Positions 10,270-21,186 are shown, counted from the stretch's first letter. The stretch is DNA of 64,000 bases from an uncultured Monoglobus sp. (GCA_947628795.1 CANRBF010000002.1:166777-230776); one strand, 5' to 3'. Notes: a model not told the origin generated them from the sequence alone. A program made the numbers and translations.

Positions 10270-10299
10270 AAAAACCCCGGAGCCGCTAAGGTTCCGGGG
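10270..10299 (-). terminator. Rho-independent terminator (CCCCGGA-loop-TCCGGGG followed by TTTTT on the minus strand)
   Basis: Stem 10275-10281/10293-10299; A-run 10270-10274 on plus. Confidence 0.6.
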
Positions 10300-10309
10300 A
10301 ATTTATTCG

Positions 10310-10552
10310 CTATTGGACGGAGTTGTATTTTTGGGTTATGCCGTTCCAGGTTTTTAGGTCGACTTCGCCTGTCTCGGCGAGGCCTAATATTTTTTGGATG
10401 TCTCGGACGGCTTTGGCGGTCTCTTTTTGGAACAGGCCGTCGGGGTTTATAAGGTCAAGGCCGTCGGTCGTTTTGCTGATCTCTCTCAGCATTGACTGAA
10501 GCTCAAACACGTTGCGCCTGCCGTCATATATTGAACTGAAATTGCCGGGCAT
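10310..10552 (-). CDS. Small peptidoglycan-binding (PG_binding_1-like) domain protein
   Basis: 'GLFQKETAKAVRDIQKILGLAETGEVDLKTWNGI' motif. Confidence 0.55.
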   Translation of the reverse strand: MPGNFSSIYDGRRNVFELQSMLREISKTTDGLDLINPDGLFQKETAKAVRDIQKILGLAETGEVDLKTWNGITQKYNSVQ

Positions 10553-10553
10553 T

Positions 10554-11963
10554 TTATTCTGCCTCCTCTGTCAACACATAGCCGGGGTACTGACCGGCCG
10601 ATCTTTGATTTCCGTTTACTATGTCTGAATACAGCTCCGCCACACTGTCCCATGTTATGGGGCCCACGGTGCCGCGGGGCGGCAGGCCGAACAAATTCTG
10701 GTACGCCACGACCGCCTGCTCGGTATCGGAGCCGAAATATCCCGTTATCGCGGGCTTTGTTATCTCGTCGTACACGTCCGCTATCCTCGAAAGATATGTC
10801 TGGAGCGTCCGCACCTCCGGCTCGCTGGAGCCCCGCGTCAGCACGGTGCCCTGAAACGGGATCACGTTCTCGCCCGCGTAGTCGTCGGGCAGCCTATTGA
10901 GTATCGACTTATAGACCGAATACATCCTGTCCCAGGTCGCCTTGTTGACGGTTCCGGTCTCGGGCACGCCGTAGGCCGCCTGAAACGCGCGCACAGAGTT
11001 TTCGGTGGCGGGGCCGAATATCCCGTCGAGCATAACGCTCGGAATATAATCGTTGAACGTTGAGATAAATCTCAGAAAATACTGGATAAGCTGCACGCCG
11101 GGGCCTTGGTCACCGTTTTGGAGCATTTCGGAATACTGGCGGTTCACGTCCTCGACCGACAGACCCTCGGCGTCAAGCTCGGCCAGGCGCTTGACCGCGT
11201 TATAGATACGATTGACCTGGTACCAGGTGGCGTTGCCGATTATACCGTCGGCCTCAAGGTTAAATATCCGCTGGAACGCCTTGACTGCGTCCTCGGTTAT
11301 CACGTCAAAAAATCCGTCGGGATAGGCGATCTTGGGTATCGCGGGATAGTTTTTGGATATCCTGTTGAGCTGTATCTGCATGCGCTTGACATTAAAGCCT
11401 TGGTCGCCGACCTTGAGCGGGGTCCCGGGATAGGTTTCGGACACCTCGGCGACAGGCGCGTTTTCCACAAGAGTTATGTCGTCGCCGTAATAATATCTGA
11501 GTATCTCGATTGGCGACAGCCCTTGGTTCGCCAGCTCGACTGTGCCCCACTGGGACAGGCCGCCGGGGCAGACGGACGTGGTGCCGTTGCAATACCTGGG
11601 GAAAAACGGAAAAAAGTTCCCCTCGCGCACTATGTAGGAATTAAACAGCTCGTCGACCAGCCGCCCGATATTTTCGAAATAATCTCTGCCGCTTGTGAAA
11701 GCCTGGTCGTATTCCTGGAGCGATGTGATGTCGAAATTGTAGCCCTGGCTCCTGTAGAACTCGGTGGTGACGCGGTTGAGCGCGAAGGTTATCTGCGCCA
11801 GTATATTGGCTCTTATGGCGCTTTCGGGCCAGGTGGGATAGATTTCGCTCGAGGCGACGTTTTTGATATAATACGAGAAAGGAACCGTGATATTGGGCGC
11901 CGAGGTATCGTCGGGAGCGCCCAGATGTACCACGATGCTCTCCGGGATTTTTACTCTAAGGTC
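10554..11963 (-). CDS. SleC-like spore cortex-lytic enzyme or cell-wall hydrolase with three C-terminal PG_binding_1 repeats. The start is probably a GTG at about 11963.
   Basis: Three repeats of the DQG..V..LQ..L.....Y......DG.FG..T..AV..FQ...GL...G.V...TW motif. RBS GGGGGGTGA then GTG after the stop of the upstream gene. Confidence 0.5.
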   Translation of the reverse strand, partial: DLRVKIPESIVVHLGAPDDTSAPNITVPFSYYIKNVASSEIYPTWPESAIRANILAQITFALNRVTTEFYRSQGYNFDITSLQEYDQAFTSGRDYFENIGRLVDELFNSYIVREGNFFPFFPRYCNGTTSVCPGGLSQWGTVELANQGLSPIEILRYYYGDDITLVENAPVAEVSETYPGTPLKVGDQGFNVKRMQIQLNRISKNYPAIPKIAYPDGFFDVITEDAVKAFQRIFNLEADGIIGNATWYQVNRIYNAVKRLAELDAEGLSVEDVNRQYSEMLQNGDQGPGVQLIQYFLRFISTFNDYIPSVMLDGIFGPATENSVRAFQAAYGVPETGTVNKATWDRMYSVYKSILNRLPDDYAGENVIPFQGTVLTRGSSEPEVRTLQTYLSRIADVYDEITKPAITGYFGSDTEQAVVAYQNLFGLPPRGTVGPITWDSVAELYSDIVNGNQRSAGQYPGYVLTEEAE

Positions 11964-11977
11964 CACGATCTCACCCC

Positions 11978-12601
11978 CTATACGCCCTTTTCCTGCTCGG
12001 GTATCATTTCCACGTTCTGGATTGAGCACACGTTGTCGAACACCAAAGCCGCTATAACGCCGTCCGAGCCGAACTCGGGCTCGACGTAGTATCCGTCAAG
12101 CTCGGCCGTCACGCCGTACACCGCGTATGGCCGCACCTCCTCCTGCGCCTGCATCGAAAAGTGCATGTCGGGCGCGGGCAGGAATATTTTTTCGGTCTTG
12201 CCGCTTGAGTCGGTGTACCTGACCTCGTTGACGTCGGCCGGAGCGTTTTCAAGCGACTTTATCGTCACCTTGACGTTTTCGAGAGGCAGTGCCTGACGGG
12301 CGATATACACCTGCACCACTATCCCGCCTTTGCCGCTGTAAGGCGGTATGTATTCGGACGCGCCCGATGTTTCGTTTTGGACGCTCGGAAGATAGACCGT
12401 TTCATGAGTGTCGGGCACGTCGGCTTTTTGCGCGCTTTCGGGTTGCTCCCGGTTTGTATCGGGCGCGAGAGGTATGCCGAATCTCGGCGCGTTTGTCGGC
12501 TCGTTTCGCGGTATAACGGCGGGCGGCTCCTTAACGCGGGCGGCCCCGCTTTGCTCATCGATCGGGAGGCTTATATCCACTCCTTTAAAAAATCCGTTCA
12601 T
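11978..12601 (-). CDS. Hypothetical protein, first gene of the three-gene operon ending with the PG-binding genes
   Basis: ORF track; the ATG lies immediately after a terminator of the upstream gene. Confidence 0.45.
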   Translation of the reverse strand: MNGFFKGVDISLPIDEQSGAARVKEPPAVIPRNEPTNAPRFGIPLAPDTNREQPESAQKADVPDTHETVYLPSVQNETSGASEYIPPYSGKGGIVVQVYIARQALPLENVKVTIKSLENAPADVNEVRYTDSSGKTEKIFLPAPDMHFSMQAQEEVRPYAVYGVTAELDGYYVEPEFGSDGVIAALVFDNVCSIQNVEMIPEQEKGV

Positions 12602-12604
12602 AAA

Positions 12605-12640
12605 AAATCACTCTCCTGCGTTATACTATGCGGGAGAGCG
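12605..12640 (-). terminator. Terminator of the DUF2085 gene (CGCTCTCCCGC-loop-GCAGGAGAGTG then ATTTTTT on the minus strand)
   Basis: Near-perfect 9-bp stem, one mismatch. Confidence 0.45.
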
Positions 12641-12651
12641 GTATTTGTGCT

Positions 12652-13020
12652 CTAAAAAATTAATTTAAATATAAATATTATGATCTCTATATACAGGCTC
12701 ATCAGGGCGTATCCGCCCAAAATACCCGTTATGAACCTGCGGACATTTGTGGACGCGAATATATTCTTTTTTTGAAGGAACCAGTCGATGAACATACACA
12801 GGCAAAACGCCGCGATAATATAAAGGCTCGGCCTATATACGAAAATCAGCGCGAGGGATATAAGCCAGCCCAGATACACGCCCGCGCAGCGAGCGCAGAC
12901 CGGGAACTGACGTCCTTTTATAAAAAAGCTCCGCTCGGGCAGCTGGTGGCAGCCCGTTTTTCCGCCTATCTCCATGGCTTTGAGCCATATCCTGTCGGCT
13001 TTGCCGAAATTGCCGCCCAT
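12652..13020 (-). CDS. DUF2085-family membrane protein
   Basis: CHQLPERSF...CARCAGVYLG motif plus TM helices. Confidence 0.6.
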   Translation of the reverse strand: MGGNFGKADRIWLKAMEIGGKTGCHQLPERSFFIKGRQFPVCARCAGVYLGWLISLALIFVYRPSLYIIAAFCLCMFIDWFLQKKNIFASTNVRRFITGILGGYALMSLYIEIIIFIFKLIF

Positions 13021-13023
13021 AAA

Positions 13024-13359
13024 TTAACCGCCGAATCTGCGGCCGCAGTCTTTACACACCCAGTAATTGTTGTGGGTGGTCTTGGGCTCGCTTCCGCAAA
13101 GGCCGCAAAGCAGGCCTAAAGGACCGAACAGAATATATCCGCAGCAGCCCGAGCCCGGGTCGTATCCGCCGCCGTTTATGTTGGTCTCCTGCATGGGCTG
13201 GCAGTTGTGGCCGCCGCAATGCGGACAGCTCACGCCCGAATATGAGGCGCCGTCGTTATTCACGACCTCGGCGTCGTACACCGGCACCTCGGCGTGGGCG
13301 CCGCAGTTGGGGCAGTATGTCGCGTTTCCCATGTCCGCTCCGCAATGTCTGCAATACAT
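13024..13359 (-). CDS. Zinc-ribbon domain protein (multiple CxxC pairs)
   Basis: MYCRHCG...CPNCG...CPHCGGHNC...CKDCG. Confidence 0.5.
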   Translation of the reverse strand: MYCRHCGADMGNATYCPNCGAHAEVPVYDAEVVNNDGASYSGVSCPHCGGHNCQPMQETNINGGGYDPGSGCCGYILFGPLGLLCGLCGSEPKTTHNNYWVCKDCGRRFGG

Positions 13360-13377
13360 AATAACACCTCGCAAATA

Positions 13378-14301
13378 TTATTTTATCTCGCTTATATCGT
13401 ATGGGGTAGTCTGATAAACAAAGTAGTTCAGCCAGTTGGAATAGAGCAGGTTGGCGTGGGCCCGCCACGTGTTTTTCGGCACGGTCGTCGGGTCGTCGTT
13501 ATCAAAATAATTTTTCGGGAGCTTTATGTCAAGTCCCTTTTCCGCGTCTCTGAAATACTCGTTCGCCAGTGTTATATTGTCGTACTCCGAGTGGCCCGTC
13601 ACAAAAAACTGGCGCTCGCTCTTCGCCGTGACGATATACACGCCCGCCTCGTCGGATTTGGCGAGCACCTCAAGCTCGGGCACCTTGGCTATGTCATCCT
13701 CGCGCACCTCGGTGTGGCGCGAATGTGGCGCGTAAAACTTGTCGTCAAAGCCTCGGAGCAGTATTTTTTTCTTTTTCTCGGGAACGACGTAGTGCTCGTA
13801 TATTCCGAACATTTTTTCATTAAGGTCATACTTGGGTATGCCGTAGTGGTAATAGAGCGCGGCCTGCGCTCCCCAGCAAATATGGAAGGTCGAGGTCACG
13901 TTGCTCTTTGACCACTCCATGATCTCGCACAGCTCGTCCCAGTAATCGACCTCCTCAAAGGGCATCTGCTCGACCGGCGCGCCCGTGATTATGAGCCCGT
14001 CGAACTTGCGCTTCCTGTAGGCGTCGAACGTGTCATAGAAGGCGTCAAGGTGGCTCTTGGGCGTGTTTTTCGACTCGTAGCTCTTGGTGCTCATGAGACT
14101 TATGTTTATCTGCAGGGGCGTGTTGCCCAGCATACGCATGAGCTGCGTCTCGGTCACTATCTTGGTGGGCATAAGATTCAGGATCAGTATTTCAAGAGGC
14201 CTGATCTCCTGCGTTATCGCCCTGGTCTCGGTCATAACAAATATATTTTCGTTGTTTAATATATCCGTGGCCGGTAAATCATTCGCTATTTTAATAGGCA
14301 T
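13378..14301 (-). CDS. metA: Homoserine O-acyltransferase MetA
   Basis: Full-length match to the MetA fold (MPIKI...NLMP.K..TE.QL.R.L...PLQ). Confidence 0.85.
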   Translation of the reverse strand: MPIKIANDLPATDILNNENIFVMTETRAITQEIRPLEILILNLMPTKIVTETQLMRMLGNTPLQINISLMSTKSYESKNTPKSHLDAFYDTFDAYRKRKFDGLIITGAPVEQMPFEEVDYWDELCEIMEWSKSNVTSTFHICWGAQAALYYHYGIPKYDLNEKMFGIYEHYVVPEKKKKILLRGFDDKFYAPHSRHTEVREDDIAKVPELEVLAKSDEAGVYIVTAKSERQFFVTGHSEYDNITLANEYFRDAEKGLDIKLPKNYFDNDDPTTVPKNTWRAHANLLYSNWLNYFVYQTTPYDISEIK

Positions 14302-14310
14302 GTTATCACC

Positions 14311-15603
14311 TCAGAATTCGTTTATAATATTGAGCGACCGCTCCGCGATCATTTCCGCCTTTTTGCGCTTGTCTCTGACCCTTACACCGAGGGGGGAAAT
14401 AATTCCGTAGTTCACGTTCATCGGCTGAAAATCGGCGCAGCCCTCGTTTGAAACGTAGGCCGCAAGCGCGCCTATCGCGGTCTCGGGCGGGATAAGTTTC
14501 GGAGCGTTGCCGCTCAGACGCTCCGCCGCGTATCTTCCCGCGAGCAGGCCGCTTGAGGCGGACTCCACATAGCCCTCAACTCCGGTTATCTGACCCGCGA
14601 AAAAAATGTTGGGCCGCTCCTTCATCGAGTAGTCGGCGGAAAGCAGGCCGGGAGAGCTGATATACGTGTTTCGATGCATGACCCCGTATCTGACGAACTC
14701 GGCCCTCTCGAGCCCCGGTATCATGCCGAACACCCGCTTCTGCTCGCCGAATTTGAGATGGGTCTGAAAGCCGACTATGTTGAACATGCTGCTTGAGGCG
14801 TTGTCCTGCCGCAGCTGAACGACCGCGTAGTATTTTTCGCCCGTCTCGGGGTTATCAAGACCCACGGGCTTTAGCGGGCCGTATCTCATGGTGTCCTCGC
14901 CGCGCTTCGCCATGACCTCGATCGGCATGCAGCCCTCGAACACATTTTTGTTTTTTTCAAACTCGTGCAGCTCGGCGGTCTCTGCCGATATCAGCGCCCT
15001 GTAGAACGCGAGATATTCCTCTTTGCTCATCGGGCAGTTGATATAATCGGCGCCGCCCTTGCCGTATCTGGCGGCGCGGAACGCCTTTGTCATGTCTATG
15101 CTGTCGTAGGTCACGATCGGGGCCGCCGCGTCGAAAAAGTGCAAATATTCCTTTCGGGTCAGCTCCGCTATCTTTTCGGCCAGCTTGTCCGAAACAAGCG
15201 GACCCGCGGCGATTATAAGGTTATCGGCGGGGTCGATCTCGGTCACCTCGCCGAACCTTACGTCGATCAGCGGGTGCGCTTTTATCTTGTCGGTAACCAT
15301 TTTTGAAAATCCGCCGCGGTCGACCGCCAGCGCGCCTCCCGCGGGGACTCGGCAGGCGTCGGCGCACTCCATGATCAGCGAGCCGAGGCGCCGCATTTCC
15401 CCCTTGAGAAGGCCGACCGCGTTGTATATGCCGTCGGCTCTCAGCGAGTTGCTGCAAACCAGCTCGGCGAAATATTCGCTCTTGTGGGCAGGCGAATATT
15501 TTTCGGGCTTCATCTCGCACAGCGTCACATGAACGCCGCGATTCGCCGCCTGCCACGCCGCCTCGCAGCCCGCCAGACCCGCTCCTATTATTTTTAACTC
15601 CAT
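14311..15603 (-). CDS. trmFO: Methylenetetrahydrofolate--tRNA-(uracil54-C5)-methyltransferase TrmFO (Gid)
   Basis: N-terminal FAD motif [14 protein letters not shown]; conserved position after topA. Confidence 0.9.
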   Translation of the reverse strand: MELKIIGAGLAGCEAAWQAANRGVHVTLCEMKPEKYSPAHKSEYFAELVCSNSLRADGIYNAVGLLKGEMRRLGSLIMECADACRVPAGGALAVDRGGFSKMVTDKIKAHPLIDVRFGEVTEIDPADNLIIAAGPLVSDKLAEKIAELTRKEYLHFFDAAAPIVTYDSIDMTKAFRAARYGKGGADYINCPMSKEEYLAFYRALISAETAELHEFEKNKNVFEGCMPIEVMAKRGEDTMRYGPLKPVGLDNPETGEKYYAVVQLRQDNASSSMFNIVGFQTHLKFGEQKRVFGMIPGLERAEFVRYGVMHRNTYISSPGLLSADYSMKERPNIFFAGQITGVEGYVESASSGLLAGRYAAERLSGNAPKLIPPETAIGALAAYVSNEGCADFQPMNVNYGIISPLGVRVRDKRKKAEMIAERSLNIINEF

Positions 15604-15606
15604 AAT

Positions 15607-17736
15607 TTATTTATCTTTCTTTTTTGACTTGCTTTCGGGTTTTCTGACATAATCGCAGTTCTCGTTATAGCAAACGTAGCTTATCGGGCCCCTGCGGAAC
15701 ATCCGCTTTTTCATCAATGTGCCGCCGCACTCGGGGCATTTCTCGTTTGTCGGCTCGTCCCAGGATATGAAGTCGCACTCGGGCGAGTTGGCGCAGGCGT
15801 AGAACGTGGCGCCTTTTCTGGACTTGCGCACAAGCACCTTGCCGCCGCATTTGGGACAGGGAACGCCCAGCTCGACGGTTATCGCCTTGGTGTTGCGGCA
15901 CTCGGGAAAGCCGGGGCAGGCCAGGAATTTTCCGAATCTGCCCTGCTTGTATACCATGAGCCTTCCGCACTTTTCGCACACAACGTCCGAGACCTCGTCT
16001 TTTATCTCGACGTTTCCGATTTTTTCCTCCGCCTCTTTGAGCGTCTTTTCAAACGGGCCGTAGAAATCGCCCACGACTTTGTGCCAGTCAGTCGAGCCGT
16101 TGGCCACGTCCTCGATCTTGTCCTCCATGTTGGCGGTGAACTTGAGGTCGACTATATCCTTGAAATTCTCTTTCATCAGATCGGTGACGATATAGCCCAG
16201 CTCGGTGGGATAAAGCGTCCTTTTTTCGCGTGCCACATATCCGCGCGCCGTTATCGTGGCGATAGTGGGCGCGTAGGTGCTGGGTCTGCCGATCCCCTCT
16301 TCCTCCATGGCCTTGACGAGAGACGCCTCGGTATAGCGCGGGGGCGGCTGCGTAAAGTGCTGCTCCGGAGTTATGGCCGCCGCCTTGAGCCTTTGGCTCT
16401 CGGTCAGGGCGGGCAGCTTTTTGAGCTTTTCCTCCTCGGTGTCGCGACCCTCCACATACAGCGTGGTAAAGCCCGCGAACTTGACCGTGCTGCCGCTCGC
16501 CTTGAGCATATATTTGTCGGTTGTTATGTCGGCATTCACGGTGTCGAGCACCGCGTCCTCCATCTGGCTGGCTATGAACCTCTGCCAGATCAGGCGGTAC
16601 AGCTTATACTGGTCTGGCTTGAAGGTCTCCTTGTATTTCTCGGGATTGTTGGCCGCGAACGTGGGTCTTATGGCCTCGTGGGCGTCCTGCGCCGATTTTT
16701 TCGCCTTGTAGACCTTGGGCTTCGCGGGAACATATTCGCTGCCGAACTTATCGGCTATATAGGCTCTGGCCTCGTTTTGCGCGACCGCGGCCACACGCAG
16801 CGAATCGGTTCTCATATATGTTATAAAGCCCATCTCATACAGCTGCTGCGCCGCCATCATGGTCCTGCGGGTCGTGAAATTGAGCTTTCTCGACGCCTCC
16901 TGCTGCATGGTGCTTGTGGTGAACGGCGGCGCGGGACGGCGCTTTGTCTCTTTTCTGGTGATCTTCGAGACCGTGAAATCCGAGCCCTTGAGCTCGTCCG
17001 TGATCTTCATCGCCGTTTCCTCGTCCTCGACCGCCAGCTTTTTGCCGTCGCTCAAGCCGTGGAACCTGGCGATAAACGGCAGTCTGCCCTTTTCGTTTGT
17101 GAGCTTGGCCTCGATAGACCAGTATTCGCGCGGAATAAACGCGTCGATCTCGCGCTCTCTGTCCACAATCATTCTTGTCACGGCGGACTGAACTCTGCCC
17201 GCGCTGAGACCTTTTTTGACCTTTTTCCAGAGCAACGGGCTGATCTGATAGCCGACTATCCTGTCAAGCACCCTGCGCGTCTGCTGGGCGTCGACCAGAT
17301 CCATGTCTATCGCTCTCGCTTCTTTGACGGCCTGCTTTACCGCATCCTTGGTGACCTCGTTGAAGGTTATGCGGCAGGCGCTTTTTGGGTCTATATCCAG
17401 TATGTGCGCCAGGTGCCACGAAATAGCCTCGCCCTCGCGGTCGGGGTCGGTCGCCAGGTACACGGCGGAGGCCGCCTTGGCCTTTTTCTTGAGCTTGGCG
17501 ATAACGTCGCCCTTGCCCCTGATCGTGATATACTTGGGCTCGAAATTATTCTCAAAATCGATTCCCAGCTGGCTCTTGGGCAGGTCTCGAAGGTGGCCCA
17601 TGGTCGCCTCGATATTGTATGTGCTGCCGAGATACTTTTTGACACTGCCGACCTTTGTGGGAGACTCCACGATCACCAGCTTCTTTTTTCTCTCGGCCGT
17701 TGCTTTCTTGGTCGTTGTTTTTCTTTTCTCAGCCAT
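15607..17736 (-). CDS. topA: DNA topoisomerase I
   Basis: TOPRIM N-terminal region (LVIVESPTK), with C-terminal zinc ribbons. Confidence 0.9.
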   Translation of the reverse strand: MAEKRKTTTKKATAERKKKLVIVESPTKVGSVKKYLGSTYNIEATMGHLRDLPKSQLGIDFENNFEPKYITIRGKGDVIAKLKKKAKAASAVYLATDPDREGEAISWHLAHILDIDPKSACRITFNEVTKDAVKQAVKEARAIDMDLVDAQQTRRVLDRIVGYQISPLLWKKVKKGLSAGRVQSAVTRMIVDREREIDAFIPREYWSIEAKLTNEKGRLPFIARFHGLSDGKKLAVEDEETAMKITDELKGSDFTVSKITRKETKRRPAPPFTTSTMQQEASRKLNFTTRRTMMAAQQLYEMGFITYMRTDSLRVAAVAQNEARAYIADKFGSEYVPAKPKVYKAKKSAQDAHEAIRPTFAANNPEKYKETFKPDQYKLYRLIWQRFIASQMEDAVLDTVNADITTDKYMLKASGSTVKFAGFTTLYVEGRDTEEEKLKKLPALTESQRLKAAAITPEQHFTQPPPRYTEASLVKAMEEEGIGRPSTYAPTIATITARGYVAREKRTLYPTELGYIVTDLMKENFKDIVDLKFTANMEDKIEDVANGSTDWHKVVGDFYGPFEKTLKEAEEKIGNVEIKDEVSDVVCEKCGRLMVYKQGRFGKFLACPGFPECRNTKAITVELGVPCPKCGGKVLVRKSRKGATFYACANSPECDFISWDEPTNEKCPECGGTLMKKRMFRRGPISYVCYNENCDYVRKPESKSKKKDK

Positions 17737-17750
17737 AAATTATCCTCCGT

Positions 17751-18980
17751 TTATTCAAGAGTATATAAATTTCCGGCATGCTGTCTGATTATGCCCTTTA
17801 ACTGGAGCAGCACAACCGAGCTGTTCACGTCGGAAGTTTTTAGCTCAGTATTCCTTATTATTTCATCAATATGCACAGCCCCGTCCGACTTGCACATATA
17901 TTTTACGATTTTTGCCTCTATCGGCCCGAATTTTGAAAAATCGTACCGGCTCATTTTATCCTCCGCTGTTTCGGCGGCTGATTTGATTTTGCCTGCTTTG
18001 CCTTTATCTTTTTCTTTGTTTTTGCTTTTATTTTCGAAAATCTCGATATTTTCATCTTTGGGCGGCTTAACTATCGCCGCGGCGCCGCGGTCGAGCAGTG
18101 CGCCGAAACGGTCGGCGTACTCGGAAATTATGTCGTCATATCCCAGAACCGCCGCGGCGCCGTCTCGGATAAGCTCGTTGGGAAGCGCCGCGCCGTCGTC
18201 GGTCGGACTGCCCGGCACGGCGAAAATATCTCTGTCGTACATCTGCGCGTATTTGGCGGTTATGGCGGTACCGCTGTGCTCGCCGCCTCCCGAGATCAGA
18301 ACACCGCTTGATATGCCCGCGATTATTCTGTTGCGCTCCTGATAGAAATAGTCTCTTCCTCTGACGCCCGGCGGCTGCTCGGAAATTATCATGCCGCGCT
18401 TTAGTATTTTTTCATAAAGCTCCCTGTTTGACGCGGGATATACAATGTCAACGCCTCCCGCCAGCACCGCGACGGTAAACCCGCCCGCGTCAAGCGCTCC
18501 CAAATGCGCCCGCGCATCAAGCCCTCTCGCCATGCCGCTGACTATGACCGCTCCGCTGTCCGCAATATCCTTGCAAAGCTTGCGAGTGAAGCCGAGCTTA
18601 TCGCTTGAGGCCTCGCGCGAGCCCACAACGGCCACGGTAAGATATTCGTTTAAATTTATGTCAAGACCCGCGGCATACAAGATTTGAGGCGGCGCGGGCG
18701 TGTTGCGCAGCAGGTCGGGATAATTGTCATCCGATATATGAACAAGCCTTATCCCCTTATCCTCACAGTCCCTCAAAATCCGCTCGGCGCCGCTCAAATC
18801 TTTTTCGAGCGCGGTCGGATAGGCCGCGCCTAATACCCGTTCCATATCTCGATGGCTCGGTTTGCCGTCAAAAACCGCCTCCGCGCCGCCGAGCTCCGTC
18901 ACACATTTTTGGATAATCGAAGGTCTGTGGCCGCACGCGATATTCAGCCACAGGCTTTTCAGAAGCTTATCTTTTTCCAT
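17751..18980 (-). CDS. dprA: DNA processing protein DprA (Smf)
   Basis: Rossmann-like DprA core (VVGSREAS...GMARGLD...), with a C-terminal winged-helix extension. Confidence 0.85.
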   Translation of the reverse strand: MEKDKLLKSLWLNIACGHRPSIIQKCVTELGGAEAVFDGKPSHRDMERVLGAAYPTALEKDLSGAERILRDCEDKGIRLVHISDDNYPDLLRNTPAPPQILYAAGLDINLNEYLTVAVVGSREASSDKLGFTRKLCKDIADSGAVIVSGMARGLDARAHLGALDAGGFTVAVLAGGVDIVYPASNRELYEKILKRGMIISEQPPGVRGRDYFYQERNRIIAGISSGVLISGGGEHSGTAITAKYAQMYDRDIFAVPGSPTDDGAALPNELIRDGAAAVLGYDDIISEYADRFGALLDRGAAAIVKPPKDENIEIFENKSKNKEKDKGKAGKIKSAAETAEDKMSRYDFSKFGPIEAKIVKYMCKSDGAVHIDEIIRNTELKTSDVNSSVVLLQLKGIIRQHAGNLYTLE

Positions 18981-19011
18981 ATCAAACCACCAGTAACAAA
19001 CATAAATTCCA

Positions 19012-19794
19012 TTATCGCAGCGCGTACATCAGCACGCCCGCCGCGACTGCCGCGTTGAGTGATTCCACTTTTCCGTCCATCGGGATGCGCACTCTGACGT
19101 CCGAGAGAGCGAGCGCCTCTTTTGAAACGCCCCTCGCCTCGCTGCCGATTATCGCGGCGATTTTTTTATCGCGCGAGCCTTTGGCGTACTCAAACAGATC
19201 GACGCTGCCCGAAAGCTCGGTGGCCGCTATCTCGAAGCCGCACTCCTTGAGGCCGCTGATTATCTCAAGACCGCGGCCGCAGGCGAATTTCACGCGGAAG
19301 ATCGAGCCCATCGTGGAGCGGACAGCCTTGGGGTTATATATGTCCGCGCAGCCGCGCAGCATGTACACCGCGTCGATACCCGCGGCCTCGGCAGTCCTGA
19401 TCATCGCGCCGACGTTTCCGGGCTCCGAGACCCCGTCGAGTATGATCACCCTTGACATATCGTCCGTAATCTTCGGCTCGCAGTCTCCGATCTCAAGCAG
19501 CGCCGAGATGCCCTGCGGAGTCACCGTGTCGGACGCGGCGCGGAACAGCCTGTCGGGCACGGAATAAACCGAAAATCCCGCCTCGTCGAGCCTGCGCGGG
19601 AGAGGGTCGCCCTCCGCGAACGATTCGGAAACAAAAATATACTTGATCCTATCCGCCGCGTCGGACGCCGCCTCCTCGGTCATGCGCCTGCCCTCAACCG
19701 GATAAAGGCCGTGTTTTTTTCTTCCCTTTAAGGTCGCGGCCGCGGTCAGGAGCTTCAGCTTTTTGTTGTCCTTTGAAGTGATTTTCTCGATCAT
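19012..19794 (-). CDS. TrmH/SpoU-family RNA 2'-O-methyltransferase
   Basis: SPOUT motifs 'IILDGVSEPGNVGAMIRTAEAAG' and 'GSEARGVS...IPM.G.VESLNAAVAAGV'. Confidence 0.8.
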   Translation of the reverse strand: MIEKITSKDNKKLKLLTAAATLKGRKKHGLYPVEGRRMTEEAASDAADRIKYIFVSESFAEGDPLPRRLDEAGFSVYSVPDRLFRAASDTVTPQGISALLEIGDCEPKITDDMSRVIILDGVSEPGNVGAMIRTAEAAGIDAVYMLRGCADIYNPKAVRSTMGSIFRVKFACGRGLEIISGLKECGFEIAATELSGSVDLFEYAKGSRDKKIAAIIGSEARGVSKEALALSDVRVRIPMDGKVESLNAAVAAGVLMYALR

Positions 19795-19868
19795 ATTTTA
19801 CCTCGGGTTCCGATATTCAAAAAAATGCAAAAGTTATACCCGCGATATCGGGTATAACTTTAAACTGC

Positions 19869-20213
19869 TTATTTTACCTTCTCAACAAGCTGCGTGAACG
19901 CTTGCGGGTCGGATATCGCTATCTCGGACAGCATTTTTCTGTTGATGTTTATGTTGTTCTTTTTAAGTCCGTCCATAAACTTGCTGTAGCTTATGCCGTT
20001 CGCTCTCGCCGCCGCGTTGATACGAGCGATCCACAGCTGTCTGAACTCTCTCTTTTTCGCCTTTCTGTCTCTGTAGGCGTACGCAAGAGACTTCATAACC
20101 GCCTGATTAGCCGTTCTGAACAGCTTGCTCTTGGCGCCTCTGTAGCCCTTGGCCATCTTTAAAACTTTTTTGCGTCTCGCGCGAGTCTTGACCGCGCCCT
20201 TTATTCTTGCCAT
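19869..20213 (-). CDS. rplT: 50S ribosomal protein L20
   Basis: [19 protein letters not shown]... Confidence 0.95.
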   Translation of the reverse strand: MARIKGAVKTRARRKKVLKMAKGYRGAKSKLFRTANQAVMKSLAYAYRDRKAKKREFRQLWIARINAAARANGISYSKFMDGLKKNNININRKMLSEIAISDPQAFTQLVEKVK

Positions 20214-20266
20214 AGTAATTTTCCTTTCTGATTTCTAGAGTTTTATAAACCGAATCGGTACGCGGT

Positions 20267-20464
20267 TTATTTGTAAGGCATCATAGCCTTGATCGTGGCC
20301 TCGTTGGCCTTGGCGAGATAACCGCCCTTTCTGAGCTTTCTCTTTCTCTTTGTGGACTTCTTGTTAAGAATGTGGCTCCTGTAAGCCTTACCTCTCTTGA
20401 CCTTGCCGTTTTTGGTAACGCTGAAACGCTTTGCCGCGGCTCTGTGTGTCTTAATTTTAGGCAT
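20267..20464 (-). CDS. rpmI: 50S ribosomal protein L35 (start at MPKIKTHR, not the longer track ORF)
   Basis: [14 protein letters not shown]... Confidence 0.9.
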   Translation of the reverse strand: MPKIKTHRAAAKRFSVTKNGKVKRGKAYRSHILNKKSTKRKRKLRKGGYLAKANEATIKAMMPYK

Positions 20465-20520
20465 TTTCTTTTCTCCTTCCGTTTTGTTATTCTGATTAAA
20501 GCATATCATGCAATGTTTGA

Positions 20521-21036
20521 CTACTTCTTTTTGGGTGTGATAAACATAGCCATATTTCTGCCTTCCATCTTGAGACCCTTGTCAACGTCGCCGTACTCGG
20601 CGGCTCCCTCCTTGAATCTCATCAGGATGTCTCTGCCCAGGGATGAATGGGTGATCTCACGACCTCTGAATCTGACCGAAACCTTGACCTTGTCGCCGTT
20701 TTTGAGAAACTTCAAAGCGGCCTTGAGCTTGGTGTTGAAATCATGATCGTCGATATTCGGACTCAGGCGAACCTCCTTGACCGCCACGACCTTCTGATTC
20801 TTGCGGTTCTCTTTCTCGCGCTTTGAAAGCTCGAACTTATGCTTGCCGTAGTCCATGATCTTGCACACGGGCGGTTTCGCCTGGGGCGCGATCTTCACCA
20901 GATCAAGATTTTTCGCATCGGCGGCCGCCTGAGCTTTCGCTATGGGAACAATGCCCAGCTGCTCGCCGCCCGGCCCTATCAGACGAACCTCTTTGTCTCT
21001 GATCTGGTCGTTGATCATCAAATCCTGCTTAGCTAT
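20521..21036 (-). CDS. infC: Translation initiation factor IF-3, probable AUA (or other non-AUG) start
   Basis: IF3 N-terminal '[29 protein letters not shown]' begins at an ATA codon 6 nt after GGGAGGTG. The upstream in-frame sequence has no RBS and overlaps the promoter. Confidence 0.8.
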   Translation of the reverse strand: MAKQDLMINDQIRDKEVRLIGPGGEQLGIVPIAKAQAAADAKNLDLVKIAPQAKPPVCKIMDYGKHKFELSKREKENRKNQKVVAVKEVRLSPNIDDHDFNTKLKAALKFLKNGDKVKVSVRFRGREITHSSLGRDILMRFKEGAAEYGDVDKGLKMEGRNMAMFITPKKK

Positions 21037-21186
21037 ACAAAACACCTCCCAAAAAATTATTGCATAAAAAATGCGGGGCACAAAAGCACGCCGCAATATA
21101 AACCCAAATTAAAAATTCAAATTATATTGCCCTTTCGCTGTTCGCTGAGGGGAGAAGCGCAACTTCTGCTTTATTCAACGCTAGCT

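Noticed and set aside
11106-12089. 327-aa plus-strand ORF
   Set aside because: It is antisense to the SleC-like gene and is a shadow ORF.
16081-18342. 753-aa plus-strand ORF in the track
   Set aside because: It is antisense to topA and dprA. It is a shadow ORF typical of high-GC coding DNA, with no RBS and no protein-like composition.
20465-20509. Extended start of rpmI ([15 protein letters not shown]...)
   Set aside because: L35 begins at the conserved MPKIKT.
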